NCBI GenBank assembly: GCA_026770705.1
Contig: JANJGN010000034.1
Span: forward strand, 15,686,001 to 15,750,000
Source of the DNA: Isurus oxyrinchus
Taxonomy: Eukaryota
Direction of reading: 5' to 3'
DNA length: 64,000 bases
Under the pieces are notes generated by a model. The model was not told the DNA's origin. It ran no database searches and saw nothing but the letters and a program-made list of their open reading frames with translations. This document shows, in pieces, positions 1-14,029 of this stretch. The translations under genes were made by a program, and so were the position numbers. Within the stretch, counting starts at the first letter, position 1. Each line of letters opens with the position of its first letter.

Positions 1-1327
1 GCAGTGATAGAAGCAGATCATCAAAAGATGTCAACAACAATAGTACAAAAGAACACATAGGTGTTAAAGTTAAAGTTGGTGATATTATCTAAACGAATGT
101 GCTAATTAAGAATGGATGGTAGAGCACTCAAGGTATAGCTCTAGTGGGGGTGGGGGAGAGCATAAAAGATGTTTTTTTTTATAATGGAATTGGGTGGGAA
201 AAGGAAAATCTATATAATTTATTGGAAAATAAGAAAAGGAAGGGGGTAACAGAAAGGGGGTGGGGATGGGGGAGGAAGATCACGACCTAAAGTTGTTGAA
301 TTCAATATTCAGTCCGGAAGGCTGTAAAGTGCCTAGTCGGAAGATGAGGTGTTGTTCCTCCAGTTTGCGTTGGGCTTCACTGGAACAATGCAGCAAGCCA
401 AGGACAGACATGTGGGCAAGAGAGCAGGGTAGAGTGTTAAAATGGCAAGCGACAGGGAGGTTTGGGTCATTCTTGCGGACAGACTGCAGGTGTTCTGCAA
501 AGCGGTGGCCCAGTTTACGTTTGGTCTCTCCAATGTAGAGGAGACCACATTGGGAGCAACGAATGCAGTAGACCATGTTGGGGGAAATGCAAGTGAAATG
601 CTGCTTCACTTGAAAGGAGTGTTTGTGTCCTTGGACAGTGAGGAGAGAGGAAGTGAAGGGGCAGGTGTTGCATCTTTTGCGTGGGCATGGGGTGGTGCCA
701 TAGGAGGGGGTTGAGGAGTAGGGGGTGATGGAGGAGTGGACCAGGGTGTCCCGGAGGGAGCGATCCCTACGGAATGCCGATAGGGGGGGTGAAGGGAAGA
801 TGTGTTTGGTGGTGGCTTCATGCTGGAGTTGGCAGAAATGGCGGAGGATGATCCTTTGAATGCGGAGGCTGGTGGGGTGATAAGCGAGGACAAGGGGGAC
901 CCTATCATGTTTCTGGGAGGGAGGAGAAGGCGTGAGGGCAGATGCGCGGGAGATGGTCCGGACACGGTTGAGGGCCCTGTCAACGACCGTGGGTGGAAAA
1001 CCTCGGTTAAGGAAGAAGGAGGACATGTCAGAGGAACTGTTTTTGAAGGTAGCATCATCGGAACAGATGCGACGGAGGCGAAGGAACTGGGAGAATGGGA
1101 TGGAGTCCTTACAGGAAGCGGGGTGTGAGGAGCTGTAGTCGAGATAGCTGTGGGAGTCGGTGGGTTTGTAATGGATATTGGTGGACAGTCTATCACCAGA
1201 GATTGAGACAGAGAGGTCAAGGAAGGGAAGGGAAGTGTCAGAGATGGACCACGTGAAAATGATGGAGGGGTGGAGATTGGAAGCAAAATTAATAAATTTT
1301 TTCAAGTCCCGACGAGAGCATGAAGCA
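1..1327 (-). mobile_element. Penelope-like element, 5'-truncated (RT C-terminus, GIY-YIG endonuclease, 3' repeat)
   Basis: ORF 280-1371 has NIHYKPTDSHSYLDY (RT thumb) and VYCIRCSQCGLLYIGET...RFAEH...E...GLN (GIY-YIG). Near-identical to the copies at 15.7-17.5 kb and 42.7-45.8 kb. Confidence 0.9.
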
Positions 1328-2403
1328 ACATTTGTGCCAGACAAATGCCAGGCAATGACCATCTCCAGCAAGATGGAATGTAACCATCACCCATTGACAT
1401 TCAATGGCATTACCATCACTGAATTCCCCACTATCAACATCCTGGGGGGTCACCATTGACCAGGAACTGAACTGGACTAGCCATATAAACACTGTGGCTG
1501 CAAAAGGCCTATTCCTGTTCTTATTTCCTATGTTCCTACTGACCCTTCTGCCACTGGAAACATTTTCTCCTTTACTCTATCAAAACAACTTGTGATATTG
1601 AACGCCTCGATTAAATCTCCCCTTTAACCTTCTCTGCTCTAAGGAGAACAATCCCAGCTTCTCCATTCTCTCCACATTAACTGAATTCCCTTCTCCCTGG
1701 AACCATTCCAGTAAATCTCCTCCTCATGCTCTAGGCCTTGACATCATTCCTAAAGCGTGTGGTGACCAGCATTGCTCACAATACTCCAGCTGAGGCCTAC
1801 CCGGTGATTTATAAAGATTTACTATAAATCTTTTGTCATCTATGCCTCCATTGATAAAACCAAGAAACCCATATGCCTTTTTAGCAGCCTTCTCAATTTG
1901 TCAAGCAACCTTCAAAGATTGGCTCGCTTGGATCGCTCTGTTCCTGCATCCTCTGTAAAATTGTACCTATAACCCATATTGCCTCTCCCCATTCTTCTGA
2001 CTAAAATCTGACTAATGTTTCACACTTCTCCTTTCACAATCAGAAGTAACTCCAAGGCACGTCTCAGCCAAGTAAGTGTTGTACTTGTTGAAGTGAAGTT
2101 ACAGTGGTAATTGTGGGTAAGACAAAGGGACCATCAATATAAGATAATCACTAATAAATCTAATTGGGAATTCGGCAGAAACTTCTTTACCCAGAGAGTG
2201 GTGAGAATGTCGAACTCACTACCTCAGGGAGTGGTTAAGGTGAATAGTATCAATAAATTTAAGGGGGAAGATGGAAAAACACATGAGGGAGGGAGGAATG
2301 GAAGGATATGGTGATGGGGTAAGATAAAGAGGGTGAAGGAGGAGGCTAATTTAGCATCAACATCAGCCTGTCCAGTAGGGCATGTTTCAGTGCTGGAGAT
2401 GCT
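1328..2403 (+). repeat. Local duplication, copy 1 (LINE fragments plus flank)
   Basis: Near-identical to 4813-5883 by direct reading. Confidence 0.85.
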
Positions 2404-3479
2404 TTGTAATTGTACCTATATTTAAGGGTTGCAATATCACTTATGACATTCTAGAAGTACGCCTCACTCAGTCCAGATGCTGGAATCATACAGTGCTAAA
2501 TTTAACAAGAAGCAACTGTTTTAAAATTTTGGAGGCTTGAAACATATTAGAGATCATTCTTTCATGGTATTGCTTGTAAATTGATTCCAAATTAACTTAT
2601 TTTAAAAAAATTAACAGTTTAAAATTTGCAGGAATGTGGTGAAAAGGCTGGGGATTTGACACTAGGTGAGTTGCTCTTACAGAGAGATAGCTGGACACGA
2701 TGGGCTGAATGTCCTTCTTTTGTGCCGTAATTGTTCAATGATTCTATATGATTCCAATTCCAAGGTCAGCGGTTGTTTGTATTTCTCTGGCGCTGTTGAT
2801 CACATGAAATAGGCACTGCTGGAATTTATTGCCACGACCTTTGAGGCTTTGCTTCCTAATGGTGTGTTTGTTTGTTGCTTGTTGATTGGTGCATCATTTT
2901 TTTTTTTGTCTTTTCAATATCTGATTCTGTAGTGATATATAGAGTCAAGATAGCTGGAAACCCAGAGCTTAGGCTGTGGAATCGTGCCCATACGACTGGG
3001 TGAGAGCTGGGTTACTTTGATTCTTAGAACTTGGGCAAGGCTTGCATTTATGCCCATCCTTAGTTGGCACATGTTTTAACACATGCTGAATTTGCAGAGA
3101 TTAACATCTTCACAAAGGTTACCTAATATATTATCCCTTTACGTTCAGTGTAATGGAGCTATTTCTCCGAGAGCAAGATAAATTTCAAAGAACAAGCAAA
3201 ATCATCTTAAACGCATGCATCAATGCCAGATATGCATACAATTGTAATGCGACCGCTAGGCTAAAGTAACACAACCCAGAGCGCAATAATATAGAGGGCT
3301 GAAGAGCATTAAGGAGTGAAGGTGTGAGTAAAAAAAAGGCATCATTAACCATACAAATCAAGGAAATGCATAGACAGCTACTTGGATTTTGATTGTACTT
3401 GTACTGAATGCGAAGGAATAACCATAACCACAGTGTGTAATGTGTGCACAAGTTCAGTCCAACGACTCTTTGAAATCTG

Positions 3480-4510
3480 TCGAATTACAAGGACATTAGA
3501 TTACCGAGCATGAAACGTACAAGGACAGGCAGTGTTTGTTTTCCAAGCAAAAGGAACTGCTCAGTATGAAAGCAGAAATGAAACTCACAACCAACTGCTG
3601 ATTAAAAAGCTTGGAGTCATATCCTACATAGTGGGTAGAAAATTGCTGAAACGAAAAAAAATCACATCCGACGCCCAAAGATTTAATAACCATGTACCAT
3701 TGAAATTGTGAGTGAAACGTTTGGAGAGATGAAGGCTGGATTTGTTTTTTAAATTCATTCATGGGGGCATAGCTGGCTCAGCCAGCCTTTATTGCCCATC
3801 CCGAATTACCCTTGCTCAGAGAGCATTTAAGAATCAGCTGCAAGTGACATGTAGGCCAGACCAGGTAAGGACAGCAGATTTCCTTCCTGAATAGGCATTA
3901 GTGAACCAGGTGGGTTGTTATGACAATCGGCAAAGGTTTCATGAACATCATCAGACTGTCAAATCCAGATTTTTATTGAACTCAAATTTCACTATCTGCT
4001 GTGGTGGGATTCAAACCCAGGTACCCAGAGCATTATCCTGGGTCCCCAGAATACTAGGCAGCAACAACACCACGATGCCACTGCCTCCCCATCATGTCAA
4101 ATGTTACTGTCAAATGATGAAAGGAGTAAATGTCAGAAGAGAGGGTTTTGTAGGGCATTGATCAGCTGCATAAAAAGGACTTGCCAAGCGACTGGATGAA
4201 TCCACAAGGACTTTGGAAATGTCCCATATGATCACCTGTATTCGGTATGTCTAACAAAAACTGCCAAGAAAACCAGCTCAGGATGAAGCTTCAGCAGGCA
4301 ATGAGCCAAAGGCCTCGTTTCAGACAGAACATTCATGGAATTTGGTATGTGTGGAATAAGGAAGTAAAAGACAATTTTTTTTGTCTTGCGAAGATCTCAA
4401 GACAACAACAGCAATGTCAGATGCTAATTTTTGAAATATCAAATTATTTTATGACTTCAGTAGAAGTCAGCTGGATGAATTGCACCAACAGGTCTGCAGC
4501 AATGACCTGA
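3480..4510 (+). mobile_element. Decayed hAT (Charlie/Buster-type) transposase relic, interrupted by a SINE
   Basis: Fragments PCTIEIVSETFGE (about 3690-3730), RLDEST (about 4187-4206) and WYVWNKEVKDNFFC...VSWMNC...AAMT (4340-4510) lie in the order expected for ZBED5/Charlie-type transposases. Confidence 0.55.
3752..4090 (-). mobile_element. tRNA-headed SINE sharing both ends with the LINE at 20640-23725
   Basis: Minus strand has A-box TGGCATCGTGG, B-box GGTTTGAATCC and a 3' tail ending ATGAATGAAT. Confidence 0.75.
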
Positions 4511-4534
4511 AAACATTTTAATTTTTCTGATTGG

Positions 4535-6745
4535 TGTCTGGTTGGAATCATATCTAGCACAAAGGAAGATGATTTTGGTTGTTGGAGGTCAATCATCTTA
4601 GCCCCCAGACATCACTGCAGAGTTCCTCAGCCCACCAACTTCAGCTGCTTCATCAATGACCTTCCTTCCATCATAAGATCAGAAGTGGGGATGTTCGCTG
4701 ATAATTGCACAATGTTCAGCACTATTTGTGACTCCTCAGATACTGAAGCAGTCCATGTCTAAATGCAGCAAAATCTGGACAACATCCAGGCTTGAGCTGA
4801 CAAGTGGCAAGTAACATTTGTGCCAGACAAATGCCAGGCAATGACCATCTCCAACAAGATGGAATGTAACCATCACCCATTGACATTCAATAACATTACT
4901 ATCGCTGAATCACCCACTATCAACATCCTGGGGGGTCACCATTGACCAGGAACTGAACTGGACTAGCCATATAAACACTGTGGCTGCAAAAGGCCTATTC
5001 CTGTTCCTATTTCCTATGTTCCTACTGACCCTTCTGCCACTGGAAACATTTTCTCCTTTACTCTATCAAAACAACTTGTGATATTGACCGCCTCGATTAA
5101 ATCTCCCCTTTAACCTTCTCTGCTCTAAGGAGAACAATCCCAGCTTCTCCATTCTCTCCACATTAACTGAATTCCCTTCTCCCTGGAACCATTCCAGTAA
5201 ATCTCCTCCTCATGCTCTAGGCCTTGACATCATTCCTAAAGCGTGTGGTGACCAGCATTGCTCACAATACTCCAGCTGAGGCCTAACCAGTGATTTATAA
5301 AGATTTACTATAAATCTTTTGTCATCTATGCCTCCATTGATAAAACCAAGAAACCCATATGCCTTTTTAGCAGCCTTCTCAATTTGTCAAGCAACAAAGA
5401 TTGGCTCGCTTGGATCGCTCTGTTCCTGCATCCTCTGTAAAATTGTACCTATAACCCATATTGCCTCTCCCCATTCTTCTGACTAAAATCTGACTAATGT
5501 TTCACACTTCTCCTTTCACAATCAGAAGTAACTCCAAGGCACGTCTCAGCCAAGTAAGTGTTGTACTTGTTGAAGTGAAGTTAGTTGTAATTGTGGGTAA
5601 GACAAAGGGACCATCAATATAAGATAATCACTAATAAATCTAATTGGGAGTTCGGCAGAAACTTCCTTACCCAGAGAGTGGTGAGAATGTCGAACTCACT
5701 ACCTCAGGGAGTGGTTAAGGTGAATAGTATCAATAAATTTAAGGGGGAAGATGGATAAACACATGAGGGAGGGAGGAATGGAAGGATATGGTGATGGGGT
5801 AAGATAAAGAGGGTGAAGGAGGAGGCTAATTTAGCATAAACATCAGTCTGTCCAGTTGGGCATGTTTCTGTGCTGGAGATGCTAATTTTTGAATTATCAA
5901 ATTATTTTATGGCTTCAGTAGAAGTCAGCTGGATGAATTGCACCGACAGGTCTGCAGCAATGACCTGAAAATATTTTAATTTTTCTGATTGGAGTCTGGC
6001 TGGAATCATATCTAGCACAAAGGAAGATGATTTTGGTTGTTGGGAAGTCAATCATCTTAGCCCCCAGACATCACTGCAGAGTTCCTCAGGGTAGTGTCCT
6101 CGGCCCAACCAGCTTCAGCTGCTTCATCAATGACCTTCTTTCCATCATAAGGTCAGAGGTGGGGATGTTCGCTGATGATTGCACAATGTTCAGCACCATT
6201 CACAACTTCTCAGATTCAGATGTACTCCATGTCCACATGTCACAAGACCTGGACAATATCCAAAGCTTGAGCTCATAAATAGCAAGTAACACTCACTCCA
6301 GACAAGTGCCAGGCAATGATCATCTCCAGCAACAGAAAATCTAACCATCTCCCCTTGACATTCAATGGCATTACCATCGCTGAATACCTCACTCAACATC
6401 CTGGGGGGTTACCATTGACCAGAAAATGAACTGGGCTAACCATACTGTGGCCACAAAAGCAGGTCAGAGGCTAGGAATTCTGAGGAGATGAACTCACTTT
6501 CTGACTGCCCAAAATGTACAAAACACAAGTCAGGAGTGGATGGAATACCCTCCACTTGCCTGGATGAGTGCAGCTCCAACAACACTCAAGAAGCGTGACA
6601 TCATCCAGGATAAAGCAGCCTGCTTGACTGGCACCCCATCCACCACGTTAAACATTTGCTCACTCCACCAGCAACACACAATGGCAGCAGTCTACAAGAT
6701 GTACTGCAGCAATTCACCAAGGCTCCTTCGACAGTATCTTCCAAA
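4535..6745 (+). mobile_element. CR1-group LINE RT fragments and local duplication copy 2 (4813-5883)
   Basis: VPQGSVLGP...FINDL...MFADDC in ORF 6027-6278; same family as 20640-23725. Confidence 0.75.
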
Positions 6746-9700
6746 CCATAAGACCATAAGACATAGGAGCAGAATTTAGGCTATTCGGCCCATCGAGTCT
6801 GCTCCGCCATTCAATCATGGCTGATAAGTTTCTCAACCCCATTCTCCCACCTTTGCCCCGTAACCTTTGATCCCCCTTACCAATCAAGAACCTATCTATC
6901 TCAGTCTTAAATACACTCAGTGACCTGGCCTCCACAGCCTTCTGTGGCAATGAATTCCATAGATTCACCACTCTCTGGCTAAAGAAGTTTCTCCTCATCT
7001 CTGTTCTAAAAGGTCTTCCCTTTACTCTGAGGCTGTACCCTCGGGTCCTAGTCTCTCCTACTAATGGAAACATCTTCCTCACATCCACTCTATCCAGGCC
7101 TTTCAGTATTCTGTTAGTTTCAATCAGATCCCCGCTCATCCTTCTAAACTCCATCGAGTGTAGACCCAGAGTCCTCAAATGTTCCTCGTATGTTAAGCCT
7201 TTCATTCCTGGGTCGTTCTTGTGAACCTCCTCTGGACCCTCTCCAGGGCCAGCACATCCTTCCTGAGATACGGGGTCCAAAATTGCTCACAATATTCTAA
7301 ATGTGGTCTAACCAGAGCCTTAAAAACCCTCAGCAGCACATCCCTGCTTTTATATTCTAGTCCTCTCAAAATAAATGCCAACATTGCATTTGCCTTCCTA
7401 ACTACCGACTCAACCTGCAAGTTAATCTTAAGAGAATCCTGGACTAGGACTCCCAAGTCCCTTTGCACTCCAGATTTCTGAATTCCCTCCCCATTTAGAA
7501 AATAGTCTATGTCTCTATTCTTCCTACCAAAGTGCATGACCTCACACTTCCCCATGTTGTATTCCATCTGCCAGCTTCTGCAGCCTCCCTGCCTCCTCAA
7601 TACTACCTGTCCCTCCACCTATCTTTGTATCATCTGCAAACTTAGCCAGGATGCCCTCGGTTCCTTCATCTAGATCATTAATGTATAAAGTGAAAAGTTG
7701 TGGTCCCAACACTGACCCCTGCGGAACTCCACTAGTCACCAACTGCCATCCTGAGAAGGACCCCCTTATCCCCACTCTCTGCCTCCTGCCAGACAGCCTA
7801 TCTTCTATCCATGCTAGTACCTTGCCTCTAACACCTGGGCTCTTATCTTACTGAGCAACCTCCTGTGTGGCACCTTGTCAAAGGCCGTCTGGAAGTCCAA
7901 GTAGACAACATCCATTGGCTCTCCTTTGTCTAACCTACTCGTTACCTCCTCGAAGAATTCTAACACATTTGTCAGGCATGACTTCCCCTTGATGAAACCA
8001 TGCTGATTTTGCCCGATTTTACCATGCACTTCCAAATATTCTGAAATCTCATCCTTAATGGACTCTAAGATCTTACCAACGACCGAGGTCAGGCTAAACG
8101 GCCTGTAATTTCCCGTCTTTTGCCTCACTCCCTTATTAAACAGGGGGGTTACATTAACGATTTTCCAGTCCTCTGGGACCCTCCCTGATTCCAGTGATTC
8201 CTGAAAGATCACCACTAACACCTCCACTATCTCTTCAGCTATCTCCCTCAGAACTCTGGGGTGTAATCCATCTGGTCCAGGTGATTTATCCACCTTCAGA
8301 CCTTTCAGTTTTCCTAGCACCTTCTCCTTGGTAATGGCTACCATATTCACCTCTGTCCCCCGACTCTCTTGAACTTTGGGGATGTTACTCATGTCTTCCA
8401 CCGTGAAGACTGACGTAAAGTACCTATTCAGTTCCTCCGCCATTTCTTTGTTCCCCACTAATATTTCTCCAGCGTCATTTTCCAGCAGCCCAATGTCCAC
8501 TTTTGCCTCTCTCTTACCCTTTATATATCTAAAAATTCTCTTGCAATCTTCTTTTATATTACTGGCAAGTTTACCCTCATATTTAATCTTCTCCCTCCTT
8601 ATTTCTTTTTTAGTTGTCCTCTGTGGTCTTTGTAGGCTTCCCAATTCCCTAGTTTCCCACTGCTCTTCACCGCATTGTATGCTTTCTCTTTAGCTTTTAT
8701 GCTGTCCCTGACTTCCCTTGTCAGCCATGGTTGCCTTGTCCTCCTTTTACTATGCTTCTTCTTCCTAGGGATGAATTTTTGCTGTGTCTCCCAGAAACTC
8801 CTGCCATTGCTGTTCCACTGTCTTTCCTGCTAGGCTCATCTCCCAGTCAATTCTGGCCAGCTCCTCCCTCATGCCTCTGTAGTTGCCTTTATTCAACTGT
8901 AATACCGTTACATCTGATTCCAGCTTTTTCCTCTCAAATTGCAGGGTAAATTCTATCATATTATGGTCACTTCCTCCTAAGGGCTCCTTCACCTTAAGCT
9001 CCCATATCAAATCTGTCTCATTACACATCACGAAATCTAGAATTGCCTATTCCCTAGTGGGCTCCACCATAAGCTGCTCCAAAAAGCCATCTCATAGACA
9101 TTCCACAAATTCCTTTTCTTACCAACCTGATTTTTCCAGTCTACCTGCATAGTGAGATCTCCCATGATCACTGTAACCTTGCCTTTCTTACACACCTTTT
9201 CTATCTCCTGGTGTTTCTTGTACCCCACATCCTCACTACTGTTCGGAGGCCTGTACATAACTCCCATTATGGTTTTTTACCTTTGCGGTTCCTTAATTCT
9301 ACCCACACAGATTCTACATCATCTGACCCTACGTCATTTCTTGCTATCGATTCAATTTAATTTTACTAACAAAGCAACCCCACCACCCCCTCTGCCAACC
9401 TGTCTATCTTTTCAATAGGATGCATATCCTTGGATATTTAGCTCCCAGTCCTGATCCGCTTGCAGCCATGTCCCCGTGATGCCCACCCCATCATACCTGC
9501 CAATTTCAATCTGCGCCACAAGCTCATTTACCTTATTTTGTATAATGCGTACATTCAGATACAACACCTTCAGTCCTGCATTTCCCGTCCCCTTTCTCAT
9601 TGTCGTCCCTTTATTTGATGTGCTTGAAGTTAGATTCCTAGCCCTTTCCAAACACTCTGTCCTATATTGTGTTCTGGAGACTTTAATAGCCTCTCCTGGG

Positions 9701-10110
9701 CTCTCCTTTCTTTTCAGTTTTTTCATAATTTTCCATGAAGTGGAATCGACCACCCCCCACCCACACACGCTAACCTGCTGCTTTGTTTCCCATTAGTCAT
9801 ACTTCCTGGAGTTTTACCCTTCCCTCCCCCCACCCCTCACTTTCTAGTTTAAAGTCCTGTTGACCACCCTATTTACCCTTTTCGCTAGGACATTGGTCCC
9901 AGATCAGTTCAGGTGGAGACCGTCCCAATGGTATAGATCCCTTCAGTTCCAATACTGATGCCAGTGCCCCACGAAATGGAACCCCTCTTTCCCGCACCAC
10001 TCCTTTAGCCACATGTTTACTTCCCTTATTCTAATGTCCCTATGCCAATTTGCATGTGGCTCGGGTAGTAATCCGGAGATTATAACCCTTGAGGACCTGT
10101 TCTTTAACAC
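6746..10110 (-). mobile_element. CR1 LINE, degenerate (ORF1 esterase remnant, APE endonuclease, RT, microsatellite tail)
   Basis: RVIISGLLP...WLKEWC (ORF1), YRPP, SDHN, KSPGPDG, YLDFQTAFD, GVPQGSVLGP, FADD, LVRPHLEYC; CCATAAGA repeats at the 3' end. Confidence 0.9.
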
Positions 10111-11566
10111 TCCCTGGCACTCAGTGCTCACACAGAACATCCAGATACTGCACCTCACCCTCACACACCTACCAATGCTGTCAATCGCTCAACAATCTCT
10201 TGTTGTCTCCACATACCTCCAGCTATTCGGCTATGTCAGGCACATTACCCAAACACAGGGCTACACAATCACTGATATTCCCCCCTCTCTCCCGTGACCC
10301 ATAATGGCTAGCCTCATTTTTTTTCTTTTATGGCCAGCACAGACACAATGGGCTTGTTAGGGGAAAATTAAAAATGCTAAAAGACAACACTAAGAATTTA
10401 CTGAAGAACATTTGAAATCTCCAGGCAGACATGGCTGCTAAGCATATTAAGAATTGACGATTACCAGATGAACATTGCACAGCCTTGAGAGTCAGGCTGA
10501 AAACACAGGCAGGACATATAAAATAGATTAAGTGCATTCCCATCTCACATAGGGAAGGGGCAGATGGTTTTAGCTTAGATATGGGAAAACATACAATGGA
10601 CAAAGAGGGGACTTTGATGAAACACGAACAGTCTTGAGCTATGAGAGTCAAGGTCTTTGCGTATGTGTTTTAATTTTGATTGGATAATATAATTATATAT
10701 ACATCCTTTAGAATAATTGGTTAGCAAAATCATATGTTTATGTACTCAACAGGATAGTGTTAGCATGGGACCGGCGTGTCGGTTACTGATTGGATGTATT
10801 CAAATGTACTCAAATGTATTATGATAAGAAAAAGTACAAAAGTAATGAAATGTAATCAATTTGGGAGCTGGGTCTTCATTCTTAGGAATGATTGCAACTC
10901 CCTTGCATGTGCTTGAATAAAACTGATTAAAGGAAGCCTGAGACTCTGTGGTTGCTGTGTGATCGGGGATTGTAACTTCTCCTCTTCAACTGGCCTATGC
11001 GGTAGTTGCTGGATTGGAGGGGGTACTTTCTTCAGGCTGAATGCCCTCTTTCTGCGCTGTAACATTGCTATGGTTTTATAACATCAAGGAGCAGAGCTGA
11101 CCCTGGGGGTGGGTGAGGGGTGCACAAGGCCGTCTGCATCTCCTGAGCCCTTTGGAATTCAGCTCCTTCTGGCACAGGCCACTTTGACCACTCTTCTCAA
11201 CATGACATGCAGTGGCCACATGCTGGAAATGGCTGGAGAGCACGCCCTAAGGAGAGTGTTCAACTTCTGTACAGTCAACAACAACAATGCCAGGCATCTG
11301 ATTCTCACACCCATAGAGTACACTGCTGGGTTACTACTGGGTTTGTCTCAGTATTGAAGACACTGTGAACTTCCTCAAACCTGTCGTTGAGCTGATTTGG
11401 ATCACTCTAATTTGATGTTATAATTGGTCACGCCTCCCTTTTTATCTCTATGCATTACCCAGGACACATGGAACACTCCAGTCATTTTCTGTTGGCAATG
11501 TATTTTCAGTGTTGAAGACACATTGAACTTCCTCAGAGATGTGGTTGAACTGGTTTGGATACTTTA

Positions 11567-11945
11567 TAGAGTCATAGAGGTCTACAGCCCAGAAAAAGGC
11601 CCTTCAGCCCATCGAGTCTGCGCCAGTCAAACAAGTATCTCACTATTCTAATCCCATTTTCCAGCACTAGACCCCATGGCCTTGTATGCCATGGCATCGC
11701 AAGTGCACATCCAAATACTTCTTAAATGTTATGAGGGTTTCCGTCTCTACTACCCTTTCAGGCAGTGTTCCAGATTCCCACCACCCTCTGGGTGAAAAAA
11801 TTCTTCCTCACGTCCCCTCTAAACCTCCTGCCCCTTACCTTAAATCTATGTCCCTGGTAATTGATCCCTCCACCAAGGGAAAATGTTCCTTCCTGTCTAC
11901 CCTATCCATGCCCCTCTTAGTTTTATATACCTCAATCATGTCTCT
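11567..11945 (-). mobile_element. CR1 LINE 3' fragment
   Basis: Reverse-complement match to 12270-12622; typical CR1 C-terminal coding end and tail. Confidence 0.7.
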
Positions 11946-12269
11946 TTAGAATTTTAATCAGACACTCCCTTTCTCTCTCTATTACATTACTCAGGACACA
12001 TGGAGTATCCATTTGGTTGCTGTTTCGCTTGTTTTCTTCTTTCTGTAGGTTTCCTGTGCCTTTAGATGCATGAAGCAGATGAATCATGCACTTACATTTG
12101 CTTTTGTCACTCCATTTTCCTGGAACAGATCGCTTAGCTGAAGCTGGAGGCCAGAGCTTGCAGAATGCCACTCCTTATCTAGCATGGTTGACCAGGAGAC
12201 TCTCCCACTTGCAGCACCTCCCATTGGCTTATTGGAAGGATTTGCAGGTTGATAATCAACCTGTTTGGC

Positions 12270-12622
12270 CAAGGCAAGGAAGGAACTCAGTAGACAGGAA
12301 GGAACTTTTCCCCTTGGTGAAGGAATCAATAACCAGGGGGCATAGATTTAAAGTAAGGGGCAGGAGATTTAGAGGGGATGTGAGGAAGGATTTTTTTCAC
12401 CCAGAGGGTGGTGGGAATCTGAAACTCACTGCCTGAAAGGGTGGTAGTGGCAGATACCCTCATAACTTTTAAGAAGTATTTGGATGTGCACTTGCGATGC
12501 CTTGGCATATAAGGCTATGGGCCTAGTGCTGAAAATGGGATTAGAATAGTTAGGTACTTGATTGACTGGCGCAGACTTGATGGACCAAAGGGCCTTTTGC
12601 TGTGCTGTAGACCTCTTTGACT
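12270..12622 (+). mobile_element. CR1 LINE 3' fragment
   Basis: LFPLVKESITRGHRFKVRGRRFRGDVRK in ORF 12086-12436. Confidence 0.75.
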
Positions 12623-13044
12623 CTTTGTTGTGAACAATCTTCCGTGGCCATCAATTCCTGTTGTGGAACACAAACCCAGGGCTCTGGCTGAGAGACAGAG
12701 ACTCTATCAACTGCACCATAAGACCTTCTTAGGCTTGTTTTGGTATTCAAGAAAAATTGAAGCTGCTTATAGCTGTAGCTTTATCAGCAGACATCTTTTT
12801 GCCTTCATGTGTGTTACCTCTAACCCAGTGAGCAGAGGCAAGACTTAACAGTCTCAACAGGGAACTGGCAGTTGAGAGTGGAGTGTCAACACACCACCCA
12901 TTGTAAGTACTCAGACCCTCCTGATAGGGCATTGTTAGTCAGGCTAAGGATTTGCCCCTGTAAAAAGTCTTCATTATGGAACACAATTTACTGGACGTAA
13001 AAGCAGTGGAAGGAATGCGTTGTCTCATCTTTGCAATGATACAT

Positions 13045-13800
13045 TAATCCTGGAGACGTAGGTGTCACTGGCAAGGCCGATGTTTATAGTCCATCCCGAG
13101 ACGCCCCTTGAGAAGGTGATGATGAGCCGCCTTCTTCACCCGTTTCAGCCCCGTGTGGTGAAGGGGCTCCCACGAAGCCGTTAGGGAGACAGTTCCAGGA
13201 TTTTGACCCAGTGACGATGAAGGAACGGCCGGTATATCTCCAAGTCGAGGCGGTGTGTGTGTGACTGGGAGGGGAGCTCGGTGGTGATGCTGTTCCCATG
13301 CTCCTGCTGCCCTTGTCCTTTTCGGGGAGGCTGGAGGTTGTGGATTTGGGAGGTTTTATTGAAGAACGTGGGGCTGGGAACAGAAGTGAAGGACGACTTG
13401 TGCTCCTTGTCCTGTAGCCCCTCCTCTAGAAGGCACGGAGGAGACTCGACAGAAGTTTGCAAAGTCTTGAGGGGTGCGGACAGAGTAGATAGGGAGGAAC
13501 TAGACAACCAGAGGGCACAGCTTTGAAAGTGTTTTGCAAAAGAAGCAAATGCCAGGTGAAGAGGGGGGGGTGGGGGGAAACTTCTTCACACATGGAGTAG
13601 TTAGGGTTTGGAATGCACTGGCTGGAATTGAGGTGGAGGCAGGCTCGATGGAGGCATTCGAGAGGGTATTGTGTGGTTGCTTAAAAACCTGCAGGGTTAA
13701 GGGGAAAAGGGCGAGGAGATTGGCACTGAGCTAAAACGCTCAGCGAGCCAGGTGCTGACACGATGGACTGAATGGCCTCCTTCTGCACCGCGACGATTCT
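13045..13800. mobile_element. Two LINE 3' fragments (CR1-group on minus, CR1 on plus)
   Basis: GSKSWNCLP on minus matches the 23.5 kb LINE end; FFTHGVVRVWNAL on plus. Confidence 0.6.
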
Positions 13801-14029
13801 CTGAATCCCAAGGCAACGAATTCATTCCTTGAAATAAAAGAGGCTCCTTTAGAGTGAATCCAACTGCTTCTCCCATCCCAATTAAGTATCTTCCCCTCCA
13901 ACAAGTTCTTCTCTGAGCCTCCTTCATCAGACTCTTCCCTCCAATGAACTGAACGTACTCAGGTTGGCCATTCAGTTTTGGCTGTGGTTTGCTCTTCTGG
14001 CTCTGGGACCGCCAACAGAGACCATTGGA

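Noticed and set aside
606-1286. Pro/Ser-rich ORFs overlapping the PLE (also 15743 and 43647)
   Set aside because: Alternative frames of the C-rich Penelope RT sequence.
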